Virus record (IMG/VR): IMGVR_UViG_3300037167_000012
Coordinates: 1 to 57,215 of that record
Strand: one strand, 5' to 3'
From: a virus
Lineage: Duplodnaviria > Caudoviricetes
Length of the DNA: 57,215 bases
A model generated the notes under the pieces. It made no database searches. It saw only the letters and a program-made list of their open reading frames with translations, and was not told the DNA's origin. Made by a program: the position numbers and the translations under genes. Below, one piece after another: positions 16,589-25,666 of this stretch (position 1 is the stretch's first letter; each line of letters opens with the position of its first letter).

Positions 16589-18802
16589 ATGAAAAACCTA
16601 ATTACCGTCATCCTGTTTGCGCTGCTGGCCTGTCTGCCAGCGGAGGCTGGATTCGTACCCAACGCCTATGACCAGACCAATACGGCAGGGGTGGATGCGC
16701 GCGTTCAGTCTTTTGTTGGCAGCAACAGCACAACCTTTGTCCAAGACCAGATTGCGAATAGCCATACCAATGCGCCCAGCCTGTCAGTCGGCTCCGCAGC
16801 CACGGCGAATGCCGTCAATCCGACGAATACTTCCGTGGTACAATACGCCAACCCGATTAACTATTACAGCGTTACCAATGGCTTGACGAATACCGCAGTC
16901 TTTGGCACTTACACTCCCACAAATTATGCCGGGGTGTGGACTTGGAATGCAAATTGGTTGGCGACGAATTTTGCGCTTACAGTGCAAACTGGTGCTTGGG
17001 TAACTGCGTCTGGAGGCGTGACGTGCTATTCTCCATCGCCTTTACCAACGAATCAGCGTGGCTGGTGGTTTTATGTGACGCCTTTGGCTGGCGGAACGAA
17101 TGGATTTACGCATCATGGGAGGGGGAACGGTGGTACTGCAACTCCATTGATTACTTTAACGAACGTGAACAGCGGTTCTGGTAGTTTTACTTTGGCATGG
17201 AACATCTCAACCAATTCGGTCACGAACACATTCCCCAAAACTGTTATCGGAACATTATCACTGCCAGTTGGCGCATGGGATGGACAGGGAGTCATTTCGC
17301 CAGTCGGGATTGCAAACGGAGGCTCTATCTTCTTCAATGGCGGGGCAGAGTATGGGCCGGATTCGATTAACTATAACACAGGGTCAAACTCCACCACGTC
17401 CGGGATTAACGAATTCATTTTTGATCATCCGAATGATGTCGTGCATTTGGGAGAGGGAACGTATATCGTCACCGACACAATAAACTGCAACAACCAAATT
17501 ATCTGTTCTGGTTTTCAAAACACAATCATACAAAATCAATCCACGAACTCACCCATTATTTATTTCACCGGAACGATTAACAGGGGAATATCAGGAGCAA
17601 CAATTACTTCCACGGTCAATGACCACAAGACATACGTTGCGTTTAGTCCCGCTCAAAGTTTGTTCGTTACCGATTGCTGGTTTGAGCCATGGGCCGCTTT
17701 AACTAACGGTGCCTTTGTTCCGCTGTGGGAAACAAGTGGTGGGATTCCTGATAACGAATCCATCGGTATTACGATGGGATTTAACTATGGCCCGGCTCAG
17801 GTTCAAAGGTGCTGGTTTCTCAATTTAGCTTGTGGGGCTGATATGTATGCCGATGGGCCGTTGTTCAAAGATAATGGCATCGAGTACATGAGCGGAACAA
17901 ACTCATGGCCTACCAATTCGCCGTACGCTTCTGGTGCTGCTGTGATTTTCGAGGCATCGCAAAACAATCATGCGGAGATTGAGGACAACTACTTCGGGCT
18001 TACAACTGTTGCATACCTGCTCGTGCCACCAGTGAACTCGATAGCTACGAATAACTTTATGTCAATAGACGACCAATTTGAGAGCGTCGTTGTTGGAGTA
18101 GAGCTTAATACGAATCAGTTTTGGACTTTCAAAAACCCAAGAATATTCGCGGGTGTAGGTTTAACGTATTGGGGTAGGATTTATGATTCTATAAGTTATA
18201 GTCCGTCTGACCCGACGACCACCACTCTCTACCCCGGTGGCAACAGCAGCCAGATAACAGTTGACGATGACCGCAATGGGTATACCAGCAGGGGCAGGAC
18301 ATTTGGTGGGACGGTGGTCAGCACAAATGCGGTTGGCTTTGTCGGAACATTTGTTGGCAACGGCTCCGGTCTGACCAATGTTCCATCATCGAGCGTCACA
18401 GTTGATACCACCATGAGCAGCACTCCGACGGTGAATGCGAATGGCCAAACAAATTACTCACTGTCTGTAACCAATTATCCAGTGAAGGCAAGCTGGTCAA
18501 TCCTCACAAACAATCTTGTCAATGGGGTGATGTACTCGAATAGTTTGTCGCAGAGAGCAATTATTATTGGTAGATATGTTTCAACAATGTCTTCACCGGG
18601 GACAGGGGGTTACTACTTCGTTTCTGTTTCGGGCGGACGCGATGGAAACAATAAAACCAATAATTATCAGGTTAAGGGAGCATCGGGGTTTGTTGCAATG
18701 ATGCCAGTCTTTCAGCCTGTCAACGCAGGAGAAGTTTTTCAGTTTGTGGATAATACTGCGGCAGGCAGTGGGTACATAACCAACTGCGATTTGATTTATT
18801 AA
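16589..18802 (+). CDS. Signal-peptide-bearing tailspike/depolymerase-like protein (probable beta-helix)
   Basis: MKNLITVILFALLACLPAEA signal peptide; VVHLGEGTYIVTDTI beta-helix entry; FVGNGSGLTNV fibre motif; Thr/Asn-rich; AT-richer core. Confidence 0.65.
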   Translation: MKNLITVILFALLACLPAEAGFVPNAYDQTNTAGVDARVQSFVGSNSTTFVQDQIANSHTNAPSLSVGSAATANAVNPTNTSVVQYANPINYYSVTNGLTNTAVFGTYTPTNYAGVWTWNANWLATNFALTVQTGAWVTASGGVTCYSPSPLPTNQRGWWFYVTPLAGGTNGFTHHGRGNGGTATPLITLTNVNSGSGSFTLAWNISTNSVTNTFPKTVIGTLSLPVGAWDGQGVISPVGIANGGSIFFNGGAEYGPDSINYNTGSNSTTSGINEFIFDHPNDVVHLGEGTYIVTDTINCNNQIICSGFQNTIIQNQSTNSPIIYFTGTINRGISGATITSTVNDHKTYVAFSPAQSLFVTDCWFEPWAALTNGAFVPLWETSGGIPDNESIGITMGFNYGPAQVQRCWFLNLACGADMYADGPLFKDNGIEYMSGTNSWPTNSPYASGAAVIFEASQNNHAEIEDNYFGLTTVAYLLVPPVNSIATNNFMSIDDQFESVVVGVELNTNQFWTFKNPRIFAGVGLTYWGRIYDSISYSPSDPTTTTLYPGGNSSQITVDDDRNGYTSRGRTFGGTVVSTNAVGFVGTFVGNGSGLTNVPSSSVTVDTTMSSTPTVNANGQTNYSLSVTNYPVKASWSILTNNLVNGVMYSNSLSQRAIIIGRYVSTMSSPGTGGYYFVSVSGGRDGNNKTNNYQVKGASGFVAMMPVFQPVNAGEVFQFVDNTAAGSGYITNCDLIY

Positions 18803-18803
18803 A

Positions 18804-19328
18804 ATGCGCCACATCCTCTCCATCCTGTTTGCCCTGCTACTGGCTATCCCGGCGATGGCTGACTGGATTGAGTTCACGTCGCCGAGTACCAACTTCGCGG
18901 TGAGTTATTGCACCAATCTGGCTGCCCCAAACTGGACGCCGTGGTTGTTTGGGAATGGTGAGATTACCGTGGCCAGTACAACGATTGATGCGCTGAATCC
19001 GCGCCGGGTGATTTATCCATGTCAGTCCTGGTCGGTGGATGTCGTCTGGGAAACCGCTCCCAATGGCTACCGCTTTTACTTGGGTGGAGTATCCGGGGTT
19101 TACACCAATAGCACGAACACTGGAACAAATGGACACTTTGTCGTCAGTGGTTTGGTCGAGAATACCACCTATTATCTCGCTACGACAACGTATAACGCCA
19201 CGGGTATTGGCAGTCCATTTTCAGCGGAGCTGGTCTTACTGCCGCCTTCCTGTCCGATATACTCAACGCCCGTAGTGTTCTTTCAGGCGGGTACGAACAG
19301 ACTGGCAATTAACAAAGTGAAGGGGTGA
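18804..19328 (+). CDS. Signal-peptide protein with fibronectin type III domain
   Basis: MRHILSILFALLLAIPAMA; GYRFYLGGVSGVYTN...VSGLVENTTYYLATTTYNATGIGSPFS. Confidence 0.75.
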   Translation: MRHILSILFALLLAIPAMADWIEFTSPSTNFAVSYCTNLAAPNWTPWLFGNGEITVASTTIDALNPRRVIYPCQSWSVDVVWETAPNGYRFYLGGVSGVYTNSTNTGTNGHFVVSGLVENTTYYLATTTYNATGIGSPFSAELVLLPPSCPIYSTPVVFFQAGTNRLAINKVKG

Positions 19329-19727
19329 ATGGCAATGAGCACACTTGAAATAGGACTTTTCCTTTTAATCTTCGGCGCTGTGGGTGCCTGCATTGCCGCC
19401 GGAACGACCGTCGCTTTCCTAATATCAAACCGGGTGACCGCCCTTGAGGTGGCGCTAAAATTCTGGACGCAAGAAATGGAGATGTTCGGCAAGAAGGCAA
19501 TGGCGATGCTGCACAGCCCGCACACCCCAGAGCTGGACAGGCTGATTGAGAAAGACCAGGCTAACAACTTGGACGAAGCTGATTGGAAAAGACTGCTTGA
19601 GATGGCCACAGAAGAAGAAAAGAATCTTTCCAACCCCAAGTTTGAGCGGGCGTTGGCGGCCTTTGTTTCAATAGAATGCCGCAAGAGGCTGAAGCTGGCC
19701 CAGCTACCGTTCCGAAAACACATCTGA
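19329..19727 (+). CDS. Single-pass membrane protein (lysis region)
   Basis: N-terminal hydrophobic helix, then charged helical domain. Confidence 0.6.
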   Translation: MAMSTLEIGLFLLIFGAVGACIAAGTTVAFLISNRVTALEVALKFWTQEMEMFGKKAMAMLHSPHTPELDRLIEKDQANNLDEADWKRLLEMATEEEKNLSNPKFERALAAFVSIECRKRLKLAQLPFRKHI

Positions 19728-19764
19728 TATTTGACTATCCTGAAAACAGAGCTAACTTAAAACT

Positions 19765-20097
19765 ATGACTCATTCCAAAACAACCATCGGCGGCCTGCTC
19801 TCATCTGTTGGTAAGGCGCTGGCGGGCACGGGAATACTGGCCCAGCTCACCCAACTGCTGCCCGCCTCAAACGTAATTCCAGCCTCCATCCTTCTGGCCA
19901 TTTGGTGGATAACATTGGCTGGCGTTGTTCTTGGGGTGGTGGGAACAGCCATGACCTCTTGGTTTGCAGCAGACGCCTCGATTGTGAACAATGTGGCTGC
20001 CGCAGTTGACCAGATTAACCAGAAGGGTGCCAGTCCGCTTGCGGCACCCTCCGCAACCAACCCCCCAACCCCGACCGCAGCAATACCCAAACCATGA
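19765..20097 (+). CDS. Putative holin
   Basis: 110 aa, two hydrophobic segments, KTTIGG start and FAAD end typical of small phage holins. Confidence 0.55.
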   Translation: MTHSKTTIGGLLSSVGKALAGTGILAQLTQLLPASNVIPASILLAIWWITLAGVVLGVVGTAMTSWFAADASIVNNVAAAVDQINQKGASPLAAPSATNPPTPTAAIPKP

Positions 20098-20459
20098 AAA
20101 CACTCCTGAAATCATTCGCAATCGCCACCTGCATCATGCTGGTGGGTTTCTGTGCATCAACCGCCATTGTCGGCTGCTCATCCTCATCGCAGCGCACGGC
20201 CTACAACACCATCTTTTCGGTGGAACAAACGGCCACCCTTGCCGTGGACGACTACTTCACACTGGTCATCAAGGGGACTGTTACAACGAACGGAGTCCCG
20301 ATTGTGGCCAAGGGATTTAATGACCTTCAGGCCGCTGGCAGGCTGGCTGCGGCTGCCTCGGAGTACGGGACGAATGCGCTTGCCCCATCAAGTTTAATCG
20401 TCGAGGCCACCGCCCTCGGAAGCCTGATTCAAAACATCGAAGCCACAACCAAGAAATAA
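20094..20459 (+). CDS. Lipoprotein (spanin-like candidate)
   Basis: Basic start, hydrophobic stretch, lipobox IVG-C. Confidence 0.6.
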   Translation: MKTLLKSFAIATCIMLVGFCASTAIVGCSSSSQRTAYNTIFSVEQTATLAVDDYFTLVIKGTVTTNGVPIVAKGFNDLQAAGRLAAAASEYGTNALAPSSLIVEATALGSLIQNIEATTKK

Positions 20460-20460
20460 T

Positions 20461-20694
20461 ATGCCAGTATCACTTATCATCGCCCTGTTGACGACTTTCG
20501 GGCCGTCGGCGGTGCAACTAATCACGGCGCTAATCGCAAAGTGGGAAACCAACGGTTCTGTCACCTCGGCTGAATGGGCCGCCCTGAGCGCGTCCCTAAC
20601 GCAGACCGCAAAAGACCGCATGAGGCTTCAGCTCATTGCCGCAGGCATTGACCCCGCAAGTCCGCAGGGCATTGCGATGTTGGCTCTTGTCTGA
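20461..20694 (+). CDS. Small amphipathic hypothetical protein
   Basis: ATG 1 nt after stop; 77 aa. Confidence 0.6.
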   Translation: MPVSLIIALLTTFGPSAVQLITALIAKWETNGSVTSAEWAALSASLTQTAKDRMRLQLIAAGIDPASPQGIAMLALV

Positions 20695-20695
20695 T

Positions 20696-20995
20696 ATGTC
20701 AATTTCATCTGGCTGGCAGTGGTTCAGGTCACGCTGCCTTCCAGCAACCAAAAACGACTTGATTGAAATGAGCAAACTTATGGCTACAAAAGCAGACCTC
20801 GACACAGTAATCGCAGCATTGCCCGCTGCCATTGAAACCGCAGTTGAAACCGCCCTAGCTCCCATCATAGCCGCAATTCAGGCCAGCGCTGGCGGGGCCG
20901 ACCTCCAGCCGGAGATTGACCAGTTGAATGCCCTCGGCGGAACGGTCGCCACAAAGGTCGCAGCCGACCTTACGCCGCCTCCCGCCGCGAAGTAA
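20696..20995 (+). CDS. Ala-rich helical hypothetical protein
   Basis: ATG 1 nt after stop, within ORF 20636..20995. Confidence 0.6.
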   Translation: MSISSGWQWFRSRCLPATKNDLIEMSKLMATKADLDTVIAALPAAIETAVETALAPIIAAIQASAGGADLQPEIDQLNALGGTVATKVAADLTPPPAAK

Positions 20996-21010
20996 CGCGC
21001 CACAATTATT

Positions 21011-21142
21011 ATGACCGAAAATATCCATATCATTCTTCCGGTGCTGGCCTTAGTCCTTGCGGTTGCGGGGATGGTGAAACCGGCTTGGCCGCTTTTGGCG
21101 GTGGCCGTGCTGTTGCTGGCTGTGAACGCGCTGGTGAAGTAA
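21011..21142 (+). CDS. 43-aa two-helix membrane peptide
   Basis: Hand-translated MTENIHIILPVLALVLAVAGMVKPAWPLLAVAVLLLAVNALVK. Confidence 0.6.
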   Translation: MTENIHIILPVLALVLAVAGMVKPAWPLLAVAVLLLAVNALVK

Positions 21143-21199
21143 CTTTGGGGTTAGTGGAACTGGCCGGGGTGGGATTATGATTTTGCCCGCTCCGGCCCT

Positions 21200-23023
21200 T
21201 CAGTCTTCGAGGCAGCCTTCCTTCCACGCGACCGCCGACTTCTCCCTGAGGATTTTCTTCCAAGCACTGTCCTTCTCGACGTGCTTTGCGGAAAGGGCGT
21301 TGTCCACGACGAACCCCAGCCGGGCGGCCCCCTCAAGCCCGATGCACAGCGCGTCAAACATGTCGGGAGAGCGCCCGATTTTCAGCTTCATCTCCTGCTT
21401 GGTTTCAACCTCAATCAGGTTGTTCCCGACCATCTTCCATTCGCGCGCGCAGCCCTCGGTCATCACCGCGTCCCTCATTCCCCTGAACTGACCGGCTTCA
21501 ATGGCCAGCCGCACCCGGAACCAAAGCTCAGTTATCAGCTTGCGGTAATACTTGTTGGCCGGAATCTGAATCTGGGCTGACACCAGCCGGTCGGTGGGTG
21601 TGCCGCCGCAATCAATCGGGTTGGTCTGGGGAGACCAGAGCCGGGCAAAGCTGCTGACCAGCGCCGTCCTCATGCCGGAGTCGAAGAAGAAGTTCTGGGG
21701 CGGGATGTTCCGGGTGACGCACTGGGACTGGACGTAGTTCACAATCTGGTCGGTCACTTCCACGTCAATCTGGACGTTGATGGGGACGAGGGTGATTTCG
21801 TTCAGGGCCACGATTTGGCGGTGCCGGTTGCTGGCGGTCTTCTGGTTGACGATGTTGTAAAGCAGGTCTGAGGGGTCAATCGGCTCGGCCTCCTGCCCGA
21901 ACTTCAGCACACCAAAGATGCAGCGGTCGCCGCCCACTCCGCCATAGGCCGCATCCAGAAAGGCCGCGCTGGTCTGGTTGGAGTTCAGCCAGTTGGGTTC
22001 GTCCATCGCGTGGTTCTTGAGGCAGAGCTGGCGGGTGATGACCCGTCGGCTCCCTTGTCCGCGCGGCATCATGCCCATGTTCATCATGGTGAACTGGAGC
22101 GAGTCCCTGCCGTATTGGGCGATGTCCCGGTCAATCGCCTCCTGGGTGATGAGGGGGATGCCCAGATGTCCGTCCAGATTGGGGGAGTCCGTGCCGACGA
22201 ACTGGATGCAGATGCCGTCGGGCCTGCGGGTCTCCCACGTCTTGGTCTTGGGAATCTGGTCAATGCCGCCATCCCAGCCACCCAGCTTGAATGCAGGCTC
22301 ACAGAAGCAGCCCAGCGCGTCCGTGGTCTCCTTGGGGTTCCCCAGCCCCACCACCTTCAAATCCGGGTTCTTGTCGAGGTTGGAAATGGCCATCATAAAC
22401 GATGCCGGTAGCATTTGCAGCTCGTCGGCAATCATCCTCATGCGCTTGTTCTTGATGCCGATGAAGTCCTCCAGTCCTTGAAAGTTTCCTCCGCGTTTGA
22501 AGGGGACGCCGATGATGCCGTTTCGGAAGTCGCGTCCGTCCGTGACCTCCATCCGGGAGTCGTTCACAATGCGGAGTCGGCCCTCGATTAGGTGCCCCGG
22601 AAGGTTTGGCCATCGGCTCTTTGCCAGCCGGTGGTACTTCTTGATTTCCCCGAAGATGCGGTCTTGAAGTCGCTCGGTCGTGGTGGAGCAAATCAGGACG
22701 GTGGTGCAGGCCGGAAAGCAATACCAGTCAGCCAGAACGTCGGTGGCGGCCCCGTTAGTCTTGCCGCTGCTGGATGGGCCAAGGATGCCGATGGTGCGGT
22801 GGGTCAGGTACTCCTTCAGTTGCAGCTCGTTCCATTCGTGCCAAATCTTGGCCTCGCCGTAGAGCAGGGTCTCAAGCTGTTTGAAGTGCCAGAACATGCC
22901 GTTGCCAATGGCCTGACCCTGCTTTCCAGTCCACTGGCCGCCGCGCTTAATCATCTCGATTTCAACGTCCACGTCGGATGCGCCCTGGCTGAACTGAAGA
23001 CCGTATCGTATTTTTCCTGCCAC
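21200..23023 (-). CDS. terL: Terminase large subunit
   Basis: Walker A GPSSSGKT, Walker B MIADE, GLGNP coupling motif, nuclease FLDAAYGGVGGD and RSPDMFDA. Confidence 0.9.
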   Translation of the reverse strand: MAGKIRYGLQFSQGASDVDVEIEMIKRGGQWTGKQGQAIGNGMFWHFKQLETLLYGEAKIWHEWNELQLKEYLTHRTIGILGPSSSGKTNGAATDVLADWYCFPACTTVLICSTTTERLQDRIFGEIKKYHRLAKSRWPNLPGHLIEGRLRIVNDSRMEVTDGRDFRNGIIGVPFKRGGNFQGLEDFIGIKNKRMRMIADELQMLPASFMMAISNLDKNPDLKVVGLGNPKETTDALGCFCEPAFKLGGWDGGIDQIPKTKTWETRRPDGICIQFVGTDSPNLDGHLGIPLITQEAIDRDIAQYGRDSLQFTMMNMGMMPRGQGSRRVITRQLCLKNHAMDEPNWLNSNQTSAAFLDAAYGGVGGDRCIFGVLKFGQEAEPIDPSDLLYNIVNQKTASNRHRQIVALNEITLVPINVQIDVEVTDQIVNYVQSQCVTRNIPPQNFFFDSGMRTALVSSFARLWSPQTNPIDCGGTPTDRLVSAQIQIPANKYYRKLITELWFRVRLAIEAGQFRGMRDAVMTEGCAREWKMVGNNLIEVETKQEMKLKIGRSPDMFDALCIGLEGAARLGFVVDNALSAKHVEKDSAWKKILREKSAVAWKEGCLED

Positions 23024-23029
23024 AGCCCA

Positions 23030-23079
23030 ACCCTACCACATCTGATTTAAGTTGAAAACCTGATTGTTTGGGCTACCGT
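23030..23079. promoter_or_regulatory. Overlapping divergent promoters for terL (-) and 23086 (+)
   Basis: + strand TTGAAA 23052-57, 16 bp, TACCGT 23074-79, 6 bp, ATG; - strand TTTCAA, 16 bp, TAGGGT, 6 bp, GTG. Confidence 0.5.
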
Positions 23080-23085
23080 TGTCGC

Positions 23086-23289
23086 ATGAGCCAGCTTTAC
23101 GACGAATGCTGCCCGCCGGGGGTGCAGTCGCAGCCAGCGAACCCCATCATGTATTACGATGTCACGCTGGGAGACCCGGCCTCGCAGGGAATCGTACCTC
23201 CCTACCCCTCAATGAGGGCGGTGATATTCGAGGATAACGGCGCTGGCGCGGGCTATGTCTGGAACCCATCATCCCAATCCTGGAAATGA
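23086..23289 (+). CDS. Small putative virion protein
   Basis: MSQLYDECCPP...GYVWNPSSQSWK; ATGA coupling. Confidence 0.6.
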   Translation: MSQLYDECCPPGVQSQPANPIMYYDVTLGDPASQGIVPPYPSMRAVIFEDNGAGAGYVWNPSSQSWK

Positions 23290-23846
23290 AAAGAATAATC
23301 ATCCTCATCGTTCTGTTTGTGGTCATGCTGCTCCCGGCAAGGGCGGCCTATGTAAGCTTCCAAGACCTTTACAACTTCTGGCAGACCCACCAGTTTTCGG
23401 GGCCGCAAGGCCCGCCCGGAACCAACGGATTGCCCGGCATCAATGGCACCAATGGAGCGCCCGGAGCGCCAGGGTCGCCAGGGGCAGCCGGGGCTACTGG
23501 GGCTACTGGGGCGACCGGAGCTGCCGGGCCTAGTGGAACAAACCTGGTTACGACCTCAACGTACTCAGACAGCACATTGACCCTGAACAATGGCCGGTGG
23601 ATAAACCAAATCTCCAGCAGTGGAACTTTGACAAACATCATTGCGCCATCGCCTTTCACTTGGTCAACTCTTATAGTTTCAAACGCCGGGCCAGCCACAA
23701 ACAACTTTTCAATAACGGCGGCGGCAAGATTTTACGGCCCAATCAGCACCAACAGCTTATCCATTCTGCCAGGCAAGATGGCCTACATCAGTGTGGATTG
23801 CCTGACCGGGTCGTGGACAAACATCTGCACCGCGCAGCAGCAATGA
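23286..23846 (+). CDS. Signal-peptide protein with collagen-like Gly-X-Y repeat
   Basis: MKRIIILIVLFVVMLLPARA; GPQGPPGTNGLPGINGTNGAPGAPGSPGAAGATGATGATGAAGPSG. Confidence 0.8.
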   Translation: MKRIIILIVLFVVMLLPARAAYVSFQDLYNFWQTHQFSGPQGPPGTNGLPGINGTNGAPGAPGSPGAAGATGATGATGAAGPSGTNLVTTSTYSDSTLTLNNGRWINQISSSGTLTNIIAPSPFTWSTLIVSNAGPATNNFSITAAARFYGPISTNSLSILPGKMAYISVDCLTGSWTNICTAQQQ

Positions 23847-24667
23847 GCAGACTTTTCCACTTCGTCCTGTTTTGCTTTCTGGCTATCCCGGCTACGCCTG
23901 GCTCTGGGCAGCCATTTACTTTTGGCGACATTGCGTTTCTTGCCCAGCAGTCGGGGGGCGCGGCCTCAGTCGTCACCAATCCATCGCCCTACCTTCTCGA
24001 CCTGAATGCCGACTTAGGAGTTTTCTCCGATTCAGGAATCACTCCAGCCACCAATAATGGCTCTTTGATAGGCCAATGGAACGACCAAAGCGGGAATGGA
24101 TATAATTTCACACAAGCGGTTCGACCCGCCTTGGAGACAAATATTCTCAACGGGCACTCTATTGTGAGATACGCTTCTAGCCCCTATGGGGGAGGACTAA
24201 GCGGCGGCACTGGGGACAGTTTAGTCAATACCAACCTTGTTCACTCCTGCCCGCTGGTTGTTTATATGGTGGTGGCTGTGGCGTCAGGGGATTGGTCATT
24301 GGGGCAGATATTTTATTACAGCCCCAACTCCACTAGTGCTCCAGGTCTATTTGGGGAGCACAACCCCGCAAACCTTTTTACTGGTGCGACGGGCGACTAC
24401 AATATCACGACCGCCCTTTTCCCGACGAACAGGTTCAATCTGATAACTGTCTCCTGGTTTTCAGCGTCCAATAATATAAGATTGAACGGAGCCGACATCG
24501 GGAGCAGTGCTAACGGAACTGATGTGGGGTTCAACGGCCTTGGCATCGAGCCTTCTTTTCTGTCTTATTGTGACATCGCCCGATTCATCATCAGCACGAA
24601 CGCGTCCCTGTTGTCCGTCACCAACACCGAGCACATGCTTTCAACCAACTACAACATCACCCTTTAA
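23843..24667 (+). CDS. Probable signal-peptide protein with LamG/ConA-like lectin domain
   Basis: MSRLFHFVLFCFLAIPA; LDLNADLGV...IGQWNDQSGNGYNFTQ...RP...NG...EHMLSTNYNI. Confidence 0.7.
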   Translation: MSRLFHFVLFCFLAIPATPGSGQPFTFGDIAFLAQQSGGAASVVTNPSPYLLDLNADLGVFSDSGITPATNNGSLIGQWNDQSGNGYNFTQAVRPALETNILNGHSIVRYASSPYGGGLSGGTGDSLVNTNLVHSCPLVVYMVVAVASGDWSLGQIFYYSPNSTSAPGLFGEHNPANLFTGATGDYNITTALFPTNRFNLITVSWFSASNNIRLNGADIGSSANGTDVGFNGLGIEPSFLSYCDIARFIISTNASLLSVTNTEHMLSTNYNITL

Positions 24668-24669
24668 TT

Positions 24670-25665
24670 ATGAACTCTTGTCCTCCTGTCAACATCCCCG
24701 GAGCGCCCGGCCAGAGTGCGTTCACCCTGACCACTGCCAGCATCACCATACCCGCCGCGAACAATACGGTCGTGGCCAGCGTCCAAAGCTCCATCTGGGC
24801 CGCCAATGGAGTAATCGTCGTGGTTTCCGATGGAACCAATTTAGGAACCTTCATGGTTGTCGGCAACAGCGCCAACATCACCCAACTCACCTTGCGGTGG
24901 CTCAATGCGCTGGGGGATTCGGCCACGGGGACACTGATTGCCAACGGCGCAATCGTGACGCCGGTTGGCTCGCCCGGGGCGGCTGGGCAGAACTCCTACA
25001 CCACCCTCCGCGCTGGAGTGGCCGCTCCCGGGGTTGGCGGGATTGGCAACACCTACTCCATTCAGGTGGTTAACTCGCTCTGGATGGCCGTCGGTCAGAC
25101 CATCGTAATCGCAGGGCCGCTCACCTACACCGTGGCGGCTGCCCCAACCAACCAGCTTTTGTGCAGCCTGACTTACATCGGCTCATCGAACGACATACTG
25201 GTCGGAACTGCGCTCACCGGGTCAGTCGTTTCGCCGGGCGGCCCACCCGTTTCCACCGGCGGACTGGCCACCAGCGGAGCCAACTCAAACATCACCGGAC
25301 TCTCCGGGTTAACCACCCCGCTGAGCATCGCCCAAGGCGGCACTGGAACCTCGACGCCCTATCCGGCGCTCACTCCGACTCCGACAGTTTCCCTCAAGCC
25401 AGTGCAGTCAGGGACAGCCCAGCTTGTTAATGGAATTGCCACCGTCAACACCGCCACCATCTACAAAGACGCCAGCAACGTGACCACCAGTGTCGTGGTG
25501 GTTAGCCTCCTTGTTCCGGGCGGGACGAGAACCGCCTTCGCCGGATACCAAGTGGCCACCATCGTTCAGGGCAGTCCCGGCTCATTCACCATCACGGCCA
25601 TCAACGCCGCCGGAGCCACGCTTGCGGCCTGCACCGACACTGTTGCGTGGCAAATAATTGGATAA
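24670..25665 (+). CDS. Tail fibre-like structural protein with two repeated beta modules
   Basis: Repeats PGAPGQSAFT... and PGAAGQNSYT...; ATSGANSNITGLSGLTTPLSIAQGGTG fibre motif. Confidence 0.7.
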   Translation: MNSCPPVNIPGAPGQSAFTLTTASITIPAANNTVVASVQSSIWAANGVIVVVSDGTNLGTFMVVGNSANITQLTLRWLNALGDSATGTLIANGAIVTPVGSPGAAGQNSYTTLRAGVAAPGVGGIGNTYSIQVVNSLWMAVGQTIVIAGPLTYTVAAAPTNQLLCSLTYIGSSNDILVGTALTGSVVSPGGPPVSTGGLATSGANSNITGLSGLTTPLSIAQGGTGTSTPYPALTPTPTVSLKPVQSGTAQLVNGIATVNTATIYKDASNVTTSVVVVSLLVPGGTRTAFAGYQVATIVQGSPGSFTITAINAAGATLAACTDTVAWQIIG

Positions 25666-25666
25666 T

